Assembly (NCBI GenBank): GCA_038279365.1
Contig: JAYODI010000055.1
Coordinates: 1 to 40,517, forward strand
Direction: 5' to 3'
Length of the DNA stretch: 40,517 bases
Source of the DNA: Candidatus Latescibacterota bacterium
GTDB taxonomy: Bacteria > Latescibacterota > UBA2968
Shown here piece after piece: positions 20,245-30,437 of the stretch. The notes under the pieces were generated by a model. It had not been told where the DNA came from. It saw only the letters and a program-made list of their open reading frames with translations, and did not search any database. A program made the translations under genes and the position numbers. Within the stretch, counting starts at the first letter, position 1. Each line of letters opens with the position of its first letter.

Positions 20245-21174
20245 TTATTGATCCCAGCGATCCAATACAAACAAACGCACCTCATTGGTACCATTTGGAC
20301 ATGCGACCTCGGCATAAACATATATTTTATCGTCTACAGAAAGCCAATGCGAATAACGCCAAGTGTGATAATCACCTGGTGTGGCACTTTTTAAAAGGGG
20401 TGCATCAGGTGTCAAATCGTAAAACGTTTTCAAATCTGGCGAATAGGCCAAACCCGTTGCAATATTATATACAGGATCGTGCCACAACACATGCGAACCT
20501 TCATACACCATCAAATAACCCACAGCCAAAGGCAACACACTGGCAGGTCGCGTAAAATAATTGTGCCAACCCATATTTTCCATCACGGGTCCATCTTGGG
20601 CCGCCGTCCACGCAAGGCCATCATCACTCACAAAATGGAACAACCGTTCAACCCGATCTGTGCCAATCACAAACATGTGCCACAAACCACCCGCATACAC
20701 AACCACAGGGTCTTTGTAACCCGTTACATGTACAAAACCATCTTCAGGATAATGCGCCCGCAAAACCACACGTGCTGTTTTGGGATCAATCTGACTGGGG
20801 TCGTCCACATCATCAAACATCAAAATGGACCACCCATGTTCCAAACCACTGCACCCATACAACCGAAACTTGCCCGTCTGTGGGTGACGCACCAAACACG
20901 GGCGCTCAAACACCGGAACACCCGCATCTTCCCTGCGGATATGATGGATGGGCGAAAATACACGCCCATCCTCACTCTTTAAAATGCGCACCTCATACCC
21001 GCGCTGCCCACGTGGCGAACGCCCTTCGCGCATACGTGCAGCCAAATAAAATCCACCATCATCTGCCCGAACAACCGAGGGCGCACCTGCCCACCACTCA
21101 GGCAAATTTTCATCGGGCTTCAAAATGGTCACATGCTTTTGGCACGCTGCAGCAATGTCATCCAAGTTCATCAT
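20245..21174 (-). CDS. Hypothetical protein, probable beta-propeller glycosidase-like fold
   Basis: WAGAPS, S.DG..F, KDP and SDDGL.W blade-like motifs. Confidence 0.6.
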   Translation of the reverse strand: MMNLDDIAAACQKHVTILKPDENLPEWWAGAPSVVRADDGGFYLAARMREGRSPRGQRGYEVRILKSEDGRVFSPIHHIRREDAGVPVFERPCLVRHPQTGKFRLYGCSGLEHGWSILMFDDVDDPSQIDPKTARVVLRAHYPEDGFVHVTGYKDPVVVYAGGLWHMFVIGTDRVERLFHFVSDDGLAWTAAQDGPVMENMGWHNYFTRPASVLPLAVGYLMVYEGSHVLWHDPVYNIATGLAYSPDLKTFYDLTPDAPLLKSATPGDYHTWRYSHWLSVDDKIYVYAEVACPNGTNEVRLFVLDRWDQ

Positions 21175-21656
21175 TAATGATGATGGCCTCCTGGCCCGTG
21201 AACATGACCATGATCCAATTCTTCAGCACTGGCATCACGCACTTCTATCACCTTCACATCAAAGTTTAGCGTTTCACCTGCCAATGGATGGTTGCCATCA
21301 ATGGTCACTTCATCGCCGTTTATATCGGCTATCCAAATCACTTGCACACCATCATCACTTTGGGCCTGAAATTGCATGCCCACTTGCAAATCATCCACGC
21401 CTTGAAACACACCGCGCTCAACCACCTGCACCAAGTCATCATTTTGCAAGCCATAGGCTTTTTCGGGTGGAATGGTTACTTGCACATCATCACCAACCAC
21501 TTTGCCTTCCAAAGCATCTTCCAACCCCGGAATCAGATTGCCAACACCCTGAATGTAGGCCATGGGCTCTCCACCTTCCGACGTATCCAACACTTCTCCA
21601 TCGTTGTTCTTCAAAGTGTATTCAATTACAGCCACTTTGTTTTTTGCAATTTGCAT
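21174..21656 (-). CDS. slyD: FKBP-type peptidyl-prolyl isomerase SlyD
   Basis: LIPGLEDALEG, PEKAYG and DGNHPLAG.TL.F motifs; His-rich C-terminal tail. Confidence 0.95.
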   Translation of the reverse strand: MQIAKNKVAVIEYTLKNNDGEVLDTSEGGEPMAYIQGVGNLIPGLEDALEGKVVGDDVQVTIPPEKAYGLQNDDLVQVVERGVFQGVDDLQVGMQFQAQSDDGVQVIWIADINGDEVTIDGNHPLAGETLNFDVKVIEVRDASAEELDHGHVHGPGGHHH

Positions 21657-21734
21657 GTAAATCCCTTCCTATCATGTTTTCGGTCACACAACCGATGGGG
21701 CAAAACGCCCAGCACTCCGACTGTCGAAGCACAT

Positions 21735-22706
21735 TTATTCTGGAAATTTATCAACACCATTTTTTACAGGCGGTATGGTTCGCAAATAATCATATATTGC
21801 ACCCAAATCAGATTCTGTCATGCCTGCATACATCGTCCACGGCATCACTGTATTTACCCCACCTTGGGTCGGAAGGGCTAAGGCCTCTGGTTTGTCAAAT
21901 CTTTTAAATTGAGCAATAAAGTAAGCCTTATTCCAATGCCCAATACCCGTTTCCATATCGGGTGTAATGTTGGCCGAACGCACCATCTTACCCGTTGGCA
22001 ATGGAAATTCAAAACCACCCGCCAATTCCATGCCCGGTAAAGGTGTGCCATGATCTTGCTGAGTATGGCATTCACCACAGGCGGCAATGGTAACCAAATA
22101 TTTGCCATATGCAGTTGAATCATTTCGATCAACGGGGGCAGGAGCCTGATAGGGTTTGGGAATCGTTCTCACAATCAGATTCATCGGAAAATTCAATTGA
22201 GATCGTGGTGGTGTGTGTGCTATGGGCTTCAAGGTGCGCAAATAGGCCACAATAGAATACGCATCTTCTTGTGTCATTTGTGCATAAGCAGGATAAGGCA
22301 TCAATGGAAATAGGGCATCACCCTTTTGATTGACACCGCTGGTAAAAGCACGCACCACTTCGCCATCTGTCCAAGTACCCAACGCGGCAGGTGTGATATT
22401 GGGCGCAATGAGTGTACCAGGCAGTCCCATTTCTTCGGGAAACACTTCCCCACCCTTTCCTTCAGAATCAACTTGAAGAGGTGCAGCAAAATAATCCCAA
22501 TTTCGTTCCGAATGACAGTCAATGCACATGCTTACGTGATAGGCCAAATATCGACCCCGCGCAATGCGTTCGGGCGTGGCTTCAATCTGAACATTTGGCG
22601 CATCTCCCACTTCTGGAAATGATGTCTTAAGCACATAAACGCCCCCACCAACAACCAAACAGACCAAAACACCCAAACCGAGAAGAATCTTCAATATTAA
22701 CCGCAT
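21735..22706 (-). CDS. Membrane-anchored diheme cytochrome c
   Basis: CIDCH and CGECH heme motifs, NITP repeats, RG.YL and an N-terminal TM helix. Confidence 0.9.
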   Translation of the reverse strand: MRLILKILLGLGVLVCLVVGGGVYVLKTSFPEVGDAPNVQIEATPERIARGRYLAYHVSMCIDCHSERNWDYFAAPLQVDSEGKGGEVFPEEMGLPGTLIAPNITPAALGTWTDGEVVRAFTSGVNQKGDALFPLMPYPAYAQMTQEDAYSIVAYLRTLKPIAHTPPRSQLNFPMNLIVRTIPKPYQAPAPVDRNDSTAYGKYLVTIAACGECHTQQDHGTPLPGMELAGGFEFPLPTGKMVRSANITPDMETGIGHWNKAYFIAQFKRFDKPEALALPTQGGVNTVMPWTMYAGMTESDLGAIYDYLRTIPPVKNGVDKFPE

Positions 22707-22900
22707 GTTCTATCTCCATCCTAATGATTGGTATTTTTTAAAGCAAAATGGACAGGCAAATATAGGCATAATCAAACATACCGCACGCAGAATGTCAAAC
22801 GACTTTCCATCCCTATTCCCCACATTTACAATTGACAATCTGCGCCAGGTATTAAATATTAAAATCATCTGCCCACCGCCATACCCATCGAGAGGATCAC

Positions 22901-25483
22901 ATGAAACGCATCTTTATGCTCTTACTGACCTTATTTTTGCACCAATCTGCTGTTGCAAACCCCATAGATCTCACCTACTATCTGCCTGAAGGTACAACCT
23001 ATAATCCCGATATTCCCACACCAGAAGCATTTTTTGGATTCCAAATTGGGCAATGGCATCTCAGACACGATCTCACAGTTGCTTACATGAAAGAATTGGC
23101 ATCGCGCTCTGATCGCATCCGCATCCAAACCTATGCCCGAAGCTATGAACAACGCGAACTGTTGTTGCTCACCATCACATCCCCTCAAAACCAAGAGAAC
23201 ATCGACACCATCCAGCAACAACACGCACAACTGAGCGACCCCAATCAGTCTAACACCCAAAACACAGACACCATGCCCCTTGTGGTTTATATGGGCTACA
23301 GCATTCACGGCAACGAACCCAGCGGTGGCAATGCCGCACCCATTGTGGCCTATCACTTGGCCGCCGCACAAAGTGCCACCATCGATTCACTCCTTCAAAA
23401 CACCATCATTTTGCTCGACCCGGCCTTCAACCCCGACGGGTTTAATCGGTTTGCCCATTGGGCCAACACACACAAAGGCAAACACGCCAATGCAGATCCT
23501 GCCCACAGAGAACACAATGAAGTCTGGCCAGGCGGGCGCACCAACCACTATTGGTTTGACTTAAACCGCGATTGGCTCCTTCTACAACACCCCGAAAGCC
23601 AAGGGCGCATGGCGCAATTTCACGCTTGGAAACCCAATATTTTAACCGACCATCATGAAATGGGCACCAACGAAACTTTCTTTTTTCAACCCGGTATCCC
23701 ATCGCGCAATTACCCCCTTACCCCCGAGCGCACCTATGAACTGACAGCCGCCATTGCCGAGCGCCATGCCGACGCATTAAATGCCATTCAATCTCTTTAT
23801 TACACCAAAGAATCTTATGACGATTTTTATATTGGCAAAGGATCAACCTACCCCGATCTCAATGGCAGTGTGGGTATTCTTTTTGAACAAGCCAGCTCAC
23901 GAGGCCACATTCAAGAAAGCATTCATGGCCCCTTGAGTTTCCCATTTACCATTCGCAACCAAGTACGCACCTCACTCTCTACGCTCAAAGCAGCAACCGA
24001 ACTGCGCAAAGAGTTGCTGGATCACCAACGCACCTTTTATATAGATGCCCTGCAAGAAGCCACAAAATCACGCATCAAGGCCTATGTCTTTGGCGATCTA
24101 TCAGACCCTGCACGCACCCATCACTTTATTCACTTGTTGCAACAACACCAAATTCAGGTGCACGAACTGGCACGTCCATTAACCGTAAGTGGGCAAACTT
24201 TTTCACCGGGTTCTGCTTTTGTCATTCCCACCCAACAACCCCAATATCGCCTTTTAACCGCCATGTTTGAACGACGCACCACATTTCAAGACAGCCTCTT
24301 CTACGATGTATCTGCCTGGACACTGCCCTTGGCATTTAATATGCCATTTGCCGAACTCACAGCCACCTCGCAAGAAGTAATAGGCAATCGCATTTTGCCC
24401 ATACAAAAACCCCAAGGAAGACGTATTGGCAATGCCAACGCATATGCATTTGCATTTGAGTGGAAAGGCTATTATGCGCCTCGGGCACTCTATCGTTTAC
24501 AAAAAGCGGGTGTCATGGCAAAAGTAGCCACACAACCCTTCCGCATCGAAACAACCGAAGGCACGCGTAACTTCGATTATGGCACCATCCTCATCCCCAT
24601 GGGCATTCAAAATATTTCACCACAAGATGTCCAAGCCCACATCAACACCATCACCCAAGAAGATGCCATTGATGTGTTTGCCATCGAAACAGGCCTTGCC
24701 ACAAGTGGCATTTCATTGGGCAGCCCCAATTTTGAACCTTTGCAAAAACCCGAAATTGCCATTCTCATAGGAGACGGCACCACATCCTATTATGCAGGGG
24801 AAGCCTGGCACTTGCTCGATCAGCAATACGATATAGATGTCAGCCTCATCGAAGCACAATCCATCAACAGCCACATCCTATCCCGTTATAACACCATTAT
24901 TATGACAGGTGGCTCTTATGGCACACTCGACTCCGTAAAAATCAGCGCGCTCAAACAATGGACACGCTCAGGCAACACCCTCATCGCATACAACAGTGCC
25001 GCGCAGTGGGCCGTTCAAAACAAGTTTGTCAATACCAAATTTGTGCCTGCTGACATACAAAAGTCCCAAGAACCCAAACCGTATGTCAATGCCTCGAGTG
25101 ATCAAGGTGCACAAGTCATTGGCGGTGCTATTTTCCAAGTACAAATAGATCGCACCCACCCTTTGGTCTATGGATATACCAACAACACATTGCCCGTTTT
25201 TAGACGCGGAACAACCTTTTTAGCACCCACACAAAACCCCTATGCCACCCCACTTATTTACACAGCCCGCCCCCTCTTATCAGGCTACATATCCGCTCCA
25301 AATTTAGCCCGTCTTAAAAACTCTGCCGCCACCATTGCAGGGCGTCAAGGCAATGGGCGTGTCATTGTCATGACCGACAACCCCACCTTTAGAGCCTATT
25401 GGTATGGCACACAAAAACTCTTGGCCAATGCACTCTTTTTTAGTCCCATCATCACACGCAATACCCTTCAAGCAGAAGAATAA
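22901..25483 (+). CDS. Secreted M14 family zinc carboxypeptidase
   Basis: Signal peptide; HGNE, NPDG, R.NHYWFDLNRDW and DHHEM motifs. Confidence 0.9.
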   Translation: MKRIFMLLLTLFLHQSAVANPIDLTYYLPEGTTYNPDIPTPEAFFGFQIGQWHLRHDLTVAYMKELASRSDRIRIQTYARSYEQRELLLLTITSPQNQENIDTIQQQHAQLSDPNQSNTQNTDTMPLVVYMGYSIHGNEPSGGNAAPIVAYHLAAAQSATIDSLLQNTIILLDPAFNPDGFNRFAHWANTHKGKHANADPAHREHNEVWPGGRTNHYWFDLNRDWLLLQHPESQGRMAQFHAWKPNILTDHHEMGTNETFFFQPGIPSRNYPLTPERTYELTAAIAERHADALNAIQSLYYTKESYDDFYIGKGSTYPDLNGSVGILFEQASSRGHIQESIHGPLSFPFTIRNQVRTSLSTLKAATELRKELLDHQRTFYIDALQEATKSRIKAYVFGDLSDPARTHHFIHLLQQHQIQVHELARPLTVSGQTFSPGSAFVIPTQQPQYRLLTAMFERRTTFQDSLFYDVSAWTLPLAFNMPFAELTATSQEVIGNRILPIQKPQGRRIGNANAYAFAFEWKGYYAPRALYRLQKAGVMAKVATQPFRIETTEGTRNFDYGTILIPMGIQNISPQDVQAHINTITQEDAIDVFAIETGLATSGISLGSPNFEPLQKPEIAILIGDGTTSYYAGEAWHLLDQQYDIDVSLIEAQSINSHILSRYNTIIMTGGSYGTLDSVKISALKQWTRSGNTLIAYNSAAQWAVQNKFVNTKFVPADIQKSQEPKPYVNASSDQGAQVIGGAIFQVQIDRTHPLVYGYTNNTLPVFRRGTTFLAPTQNPYATPLIYTARPLLSGYISAPNLARLKNSAATIAGRQGNGRVIVMTDNPTFRAYWYGTQKLLANALFFSPIITRNTLQAEE

Positions 25484-25511
25484 GACCACTTCTACGGTCA
25501 CAAAACAAATT

Positions 25512-25542
25512 AAAAGCCCCAGCCATCTGCTGGGGCTTTTTT
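25512..25542 (+). terminator. Intrinsic terminator
   Basis: AAAAGCCCCAGC-CATCT-GCTGGGGCTTTTTT. Confidence 0.85.
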
Positions 25543-25601
25543 AATGCAAGCTTCACAAAAAAGAAATCCAACAGAAATAAACCAAGTGTATTATCAACAC
25601 C

Positions 25602-26657
25602 ATGTCCGATTCTCTTAGGCGTATTCTACTTGGAGCAGCTGTCATCTTTGTCACAGTTGCCGCAGCAGTCATTGGATATTGGTTTGCTGGGTGGGATGTA
25701 CTGGATGCCTTTTACATGGTCATCATCACCATTTTTGGTGTTGGTTATGGCGAAGTTCATCCCATTAACACACCTGGCATGAAAATCTTTACCATTGGCG
25801 TCATTCTTGTTGGCACATCAGCAGGGTTATATGTCATTGGTGGTTTTATTCAAATGATCACCGAAGGAGAAATTCAACGGGCATTGGGAGTAAGACGTAT
25901 GACGCGAGAAATAGAAAAACTTAAAAACCACATTATCATGTGTGGTTTTGGTCGCATTGGCCAAATTTTGGCCTCAGAACTCCACGAAGCAAAAGCCCCA
26001 TTTGTTGTCATCGACACATCGCCAGAACGCATTGCCTCTGCACAAGAAAAAGGTTACTTGGCCATGCTCGGAAATGCCACCGAAGAATCTTGTCTGCTAT
26101 TGGCAAACATTCATACCGCATCGACATTGGCCACCGTATTACCCGATGATGCTGCCAATGTGTTTATTACCCTCTCTGCACGAAACTTGAACCCCAAGTT
26201 GGTCATCATTGCGCGTGGCGAACAAGTGTCTACAGAACCCAAACTCAAGCAGGCAGGTGCAAACCAAGTGGTGATGCCAGCCAGCATTGGAGCCCACCGC
26301 ATGGCCAATCTAATTGTAAGACCCACCACCGTAGACTTTCTCAAAAACAGCATCCATAACAACATATTTAATGAAGAATTGCACCAAATTGGCATGCATA
26401 TGCATGAAATTTTAATTGCCGAAGGCACTTCTTTAGACGGTAAAACTGTCAGAGATGCTGAAATTCAAGGCCAAGGTGCGTTTCTCATTGTTGCACTGCG
26501 TCAAACCAACGGCAACATCTTAGCCAACCCCAACCCCAAAAATATTTTAAAAGCCAATGACACCCTCATTGTCTTGGGCCACAGTGCCGACATCCCCACA
26601 TTCATCAACCGCCACGCCACCAAGCACAAAATCACCTATCGGGGGGTGCGTACATAA
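25602..26657 (+). CDS. Two-TM potassium channel with RCK (TrkA-N/C) domains
   Basis: Filter TIFGVGYGE, CGFGRIG Rossmann motif, two TM helices and a TrkA-C-like tail. Confidence 0.9.
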   Translation: MSDSLRRILLGAAVIFVTVAAAVIGYWFAGWDVLDAFYMVIITIFGVGYGEVHPINTPGMKIFTIGVILVGTSAGLYVIGGFIQMITEGEIQRALGVRRMTREIEKLKNHIIMCGFGRIGQILASELHEAKAPFVVIDTSPERIASAQEKGYLAMLGNATEESCLLLANIHTASTLATVLPDDAANVFITLSARNLNPKLVIIARGEQVSTEPKLKQAGANQVVMPASIGAHRMANLIVRPTTVDFLKNSIHNNIFNEELHQIGMHMHEILIAEGTSLDGKTVRDAEIQGQGAFLIVALRQTNGNILANPNPKNILKANDTLIVLGHSADIPTFINRHATKHKITYRGVRT

Positions 26658-26687
26658 AAAAACACGCCGATGAACGGCGTGTTTTTT
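26656..26687. terminator. Bidirectional terminator between the K+ channel gene and recJ
   Basis: A-run-CACGCCG-ATGAA-CGGCGTG-T-run. Confidence 0.85.
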
Positions 26688-26714
26688 ATGCCTTAAGACA
26701 AAATCTCTTCTTTT

Positions 26715-28391
26715 TTACGACTTTGATAAACGCATATCCTCCACCATCATCTGCACCTTTGTGCGTCCTTGCCACGTATTCGACGACAACCCAAATGCCA
26801 CATCCACCTGATCACCAACCGATAGTTCATACACCAACTCACCTTGCCGAAACCAAATCGCATCGCATAAATCTTCACCCGTATCCAACGTCAATTTGAG
26901 GTGTGCGCCGTGTCCAACAGCACGTGCATCGGCAACCCGACACCGTTTTGCCATAAAACGAGGCGCTTCATTGCCTGTGCCACAAGGGGATAATTTGTCA
27001 AGCATTTCAACCGTAGACAAGGAAATGGCCGAAGGCATCAATTCCACATCCACTTCCAATTGAGGGGTTAAATCATCATCTGACAAATGCGCATCGGCAT
27101 CGGCCACCAAACGATCGCGAAAAGCAGCAAAATTTTCGGCAGGCACAGAAAACCCAGCGGCCTCTGCATGCCCGCCATATTCGGTTAATAAATCGGCCAC
27201 GCGAAAAATAGCCTCCACAATATTGTATCCACCAGCCGTTCGTGCCGAACCGGTATAAATGCCATTTTTGCGATAATCGGTGCATACCAAAGCGGGTCGC
27301 CAAAATCGGTCTACCAAACGCCCCGCAATCAAACCCACCACACCCAAATGCCAATCAGAACCTTGCAACACCAAAATCTTGTTTTGATCCAACCCTTCGC
27401 TTTCTACCAACCTTTCAGCCTCGCCGATCCCGTTGCTTTGGAGCGTTTGTCGTTCGCTATTTAACCCATCCAACTCTTCAGCCAAACGAGAAGCCTCAGC
27501 AAAATCTTTGCTGCGCAACAAATTCAACGCCAACTCCGCAGATGCCAACCGCCCAGCACTGTTAATCCGTGGGCCCAAAAAGAATCCAATGGACGTGGTA
27601 TCTATCGGTTTGTTGGCTGCACCCGCAATGGCCTTAAGTGTTTTTAACCCCAACCGCTCGGTCTGCTCCAACACCTGCATACCTCGTCGGGTCAAAAGAC
27701 GGTTTTCTTCAATCATAGGCGCCATATCGGCCACAGTACCCAACGCCACCAAATCCAATAAAGAATTCAAATAACGTCGGCGCTCACCCGCATCAGAAAT
27801 AAGCTCTTGAGACAAAGCTTGTACCACCTTAAACGCCACACCAACAGCAGCCAACCCCTTAAACGGATAATCACAATCTACCCGATTGGGATTGACCAAT
27901 GCCAACGCATTTGGCAACCGATCTTGTGGGTGATGATGATCAATCACCACCACATCTACACCTGCCCGATTGGCCGCATCTACGGCCTCAAAAGACGAAA
28001 TCCCATTGTCTGAGGTCACAATCAAACGCGCACCTTTTTTAACAGCACGTGCCACCCCAGGTGGTTTCATGCCATATCCATCGCGAAAGCGATCGGGCAA
28101 CAAATATGTGGCATCGGCACCCACCGTGTCAAAAAAGTCGAGCAGCAAAGAAGTGCTTGTCACACCATCCACATCATAATCACCAAACACCACAATGCGC
28201 TCACCTTCACGAATGGCCTGTAAAATACGCGCCACAACCCGATCCATATCTTTCATCAAATATGGGTCATTTAAAACATCGGGCGCATCAGACAAACGAT
28301 CCAAAGTCAAAGACCGATTGGCCAAAATTACATCAATTAACGAGGTATAAGAGGCTGTGTGACGCACATGCCAAATGGGATACCTTTGCAT
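26715..28391 (-). CDS. recJ: Single-stranded-DNA exonuclease RecJ
   Basis: GDYDVDGVTS, DNG, DHH, LGTVAD, PRINSAGRL, GSAR and GGH..AAG motifs. Confidence 0.96.
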   Translation of the reverse strand: MQRYPIWHVRHTASYTSLIDVILANRSLTLDRLSDAPDVLNDPYLMKDMDRVVARILQAIREGERIVVFGDYDVDGVTSTSLLLDFFDTVGADATYLLPDRFRDGYGMKPPGVARAVKKGARLIVTSDNGISSFEAVDAANRAGVDVVVIDHHHPQDRLPNALALVNPNRVDCDYPFKGLAAVGVAFKVVQALSQELISDAGERRRYLNSLLDLVALGTVADMAPMIEENRLLTRRGMQVLEQTERLGLKTLKAIAGAANKPIDTTSIGFFLGPRINSAGRLASAELALNLLRSKDFAEASRLAEELDGLNSERQTLQSNGIGEAERLVESEGLDQNKILVLQGSDWHLGVVGLIAGRLVDRFWRPALVCTDYRKNGIYTGSARTAGGYNIVEAIFRVADLLTEYGGHAEAAGFSVPAENFAAFRDRLVADADAHLSDDDLTPQLEVDVELMPSAISLSTVEMLDKLSPCGTGNEAPRFMAKRCRVADARAVGHGAHLKLTLDTGEDLCDAIWFRQGELVYELSVGDQVDVAFGLSSNTWQGRTKVQMMVEDMRLSKS

Positions 28392-28613
28392 AAAAGCTCC
28401 GTAAATACAACTGTTTTAAAACCTGTTGAATAAAAAAGAATTGTTTTTTAAAAAAAAATGCAAAAATGAGTAAAGATCTCTCAAGTAAATGCCGATAATG
28501 ATGACAGTGGGTAGCCTATTAAAATTGCTCCCAGTCTCTTTCAAACATAAAAGCACCTACCCATTGGGTCGATTCGGAAACAAACGGAAGAATAATCAGC
28601 AAGAGGTAAAAAA

Positions 28614-28748
28614 GCCGACCTCATTCCCAACAGGCTTTCACGCGGAAGTTGCGAAAGTGCCCACGAAACAGTGAGTACGTTTGGTCAGCCCCTTTTCCGT
28701 TGCAGCGGAAAAGGGGTATTTTTATTGCGTTGGGAATGAGAGGTCGGC
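28614..28748 (+). other. Unassigned structured element with an internal terminator-like hairpin
   Basis: GCCGACCT-CATTCCCAAC pairs with GTTGGGAATG-(2 nt bulge)-AGGTCGGC, enclosing CCCCTTTTCCG/CGGAAAAGGGG followed by a T-rich tract. Confidence 0.55.
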
Positions 28749-28884
28749 ATCGGGTAGGGCATATTAACCTATCGGCAGGCACTTCTCAGAACTTTACCCG
28801 TAATTTCAAATTGACTTCGGAGGCATTGACCATATATTTCAAAGGTTTAACCTCATTTCCAACCCATTGCCTAAAGACAACACC

Positions 28885-29271
28885 ATGCCCAGAATCCTTT
28901 TTGCCGAAGATGGCCCAACCGTCATGCAATTATCTGGCGAACTATTAGGTGACGATACCCTCACCATAGATGTGGCCACCAATGGCAGACAAGCCCTCGA
29001 CTTGGTCAATGCAGAACCCTCGGGCTACCAACTGGTTATTCTTGGCGAACATCTACCCGATGTGTCTGGCACCGAATGTGCCACGTTTTTGCGCCAAATG
29101 TATCGCCGCTTACCCATTCTCATGCTTGTCGAATCACTCACCGATGATCGCCGTCAAAAATTGGGCCAAGTGGGCTTACGCCCCAAACACCTGCTTGAAA
29201 AACCCACCGATCCAATCACCTTCGCCCAATGGGTACAACAAGCCCTCCAAGAAGCCCCCCAACGCCCATAA
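28885..29271 (+). CDS. Single-domain receiver protein, atypical (no phosphoacceptor Asp)
   Basis: RILFAED...A.NG..AL...LVILG..LP..SG...PILML...KP receiver pattern. Confidence 0.8.
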   Translation: MPRILFAEDGPTVMQLSGELLGDDTLTIDVATNGRQALDLVNAEPSGYQLVILGEHLPDVSGTECATFLRQMYRRLPILMLVESLTDDRRQKLGQVGLRPKHLLEKPTDPITFAQWVQQALQEAPQRP

Positions 29272-29316
29272 CCCTCACGCCAAACGTATGGCACAAGTTG
29301 TTTTGCCTTTGACTCC

Positions 29317-29348
29317 CCGTTTGCCGTTTGCCATCTGCCTTTTGCTTT
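29317..29348. repeat. Degenerate heptamer array after the epimerase stop
   Basis: Minus strand AAAAGGC-AGATGGC-AAACGGC-AAACGG; same family as 9124-9158. Confidence 0.6.
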
Positions 29349-29349
29349 T

Positions 29350-30351
29350 TCACACCCCATAATATTCGCGATACCACTTCACAAACTTCTCAATACCCAC
29401 TTCAATAGAAGTTGCTGGCCGATAGCCAACCGCCTGCTCCAAATCATCAATATCCGCATAGGTAATAGGCACATCACCCGTACGCATGGGCAAATAATTC
29501 TTTTGGGCCTGCTTATCCAAAAGCCCTTCAATCACAGAAATAAAATATTCCAACACAACCGTTTGATCATTGCCGATATTGTACAAACGAAAAGGCGCAC
29601 TGCTTTGATCTGGGCGATCGGGTTTGATCGTTTCATCTGCTCGGGGCACATGCTTAAGCAAACGCACAATGCCTTCAACCACATCGTCAACATATGTAAA
29701 AGAGCGCTGTGATTTGCCCTGATTATAAACATCAATAGGGCGATCATTCAAAATGGCATCAACAAACAAAAACAAAGCCATATCAGGCCGCCCCCACGGA
29801 CCATATACCGTAAAAAAGCGAAGCCCAGTGGTAGGCAAACCAAAGGCACTGCTATAAGCATGTGCCATCAATTCATTGGCACGTTTGGTTGCCGCATATA
29901 AACTGACAGGATGATCTACTGGATGTTGTGTCGAAAAGGGCATTTCGGTGTTTTGCCCATAAACAGAACTCGAAGAGGCATAAATCAGGTGCTTTATGTG
30001 GTGATGACGACAACACTCCAATACATTTAAAAATCCCGATACATTGCTGTCTACATAGACCTTTGGGTTTTCAAGGCTATAGGGCACACCTGCTTGTGCC
30101 GCCAAATGAATCACCTGCTCAAACGTCTGAGCCTTAAACAACGCATTTAACCCATCCATATCGTTTAAATCCATCTCAACAAACAAAAAACCATCTTGTC
30201 CTTCGAGCAACTTCAAACGATCTCGTTTCAATTCAACATCATAATACGCATTAATATGATCAAGCCCCACCACCTCATAGCCCATATGAAGCAAACGTAG
30301 ACACGTGTGATAACCAATAAAACCTGCCGAACCAGTTACAAGAATGGGCAT
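29350..30351 (-). CDS. NAD-dependent epimerase (UDP-glucuronate 4-epimerase-like)
   Basis: GSAGFIG, HLAAQAGV, ASSSSVYG, YAATK and RFFTVYGPWGRPDMA motifs. Confidence 0.93.
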   Translation of the reverse strand: MPILVTGSAGFIGYHTCLRLLHMGYEVVGLDHINAYYDVELKRDRLKLLEGQDGFLFVEMDLNDMDGLNALFKAQTFEQVIHLAAQAGVPYSLENPKVYVDSNVSGFLNVLECCRHHHIKHLIYASSSSVYGQNTEMPFSTQHPVDHPVSLYAATKRANELMAHAYSSAFGLPTTGLRFFTVYGPWGRPDMALFLFVDAILNDRPIDVYNQGKSQRSFTYVDDVVEGIVRLLKHVPRADETIKPDRPDQSSAPFRLYNIGNDQTVVLEYFISVIEGLLDKQAQKNYLPMRTGDVPITYADIDDLEQAVGYRPATSIEVGIEKFVKWYREYYGV

Positions 30352-30408
30352 AAAAAAATCCAACCATCTATTGTTTAAAAGGAGAAAAGAGAAAAGTGAG
30401 AGGTGTAT

Positions 30409-30437
30409 AAATTAAGCGACCTCGAAGCGAATGTCAA
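30409..30437 (-). promoter_or_regulatory. Sigma70-type promoter for the epimerase
   Basis: TTGACA-17 bp-TAATTT on the minus strand. Confidence 0.55.

Noticed and set aside
28640-28672. RNase P (GAAAGTGCC) or c-di-GMP-II (TGGGCACTTT on minus)
   Set aside because: Only short word matches; the other conserved blocks of either family are missing.
28633-28690. Hammerhead ribozyme on minus (CTGACCA...GAAA)
   Set aside because: The core is CTGACCA rather than CTGANGA, and no convincing third stem or cleavage triplet was found.
30380-30405. GAGAAAA repeats as another heptamer array
   Set aside because: Only about two low-complexity copies, lying in a promoter region rather than after a stop.
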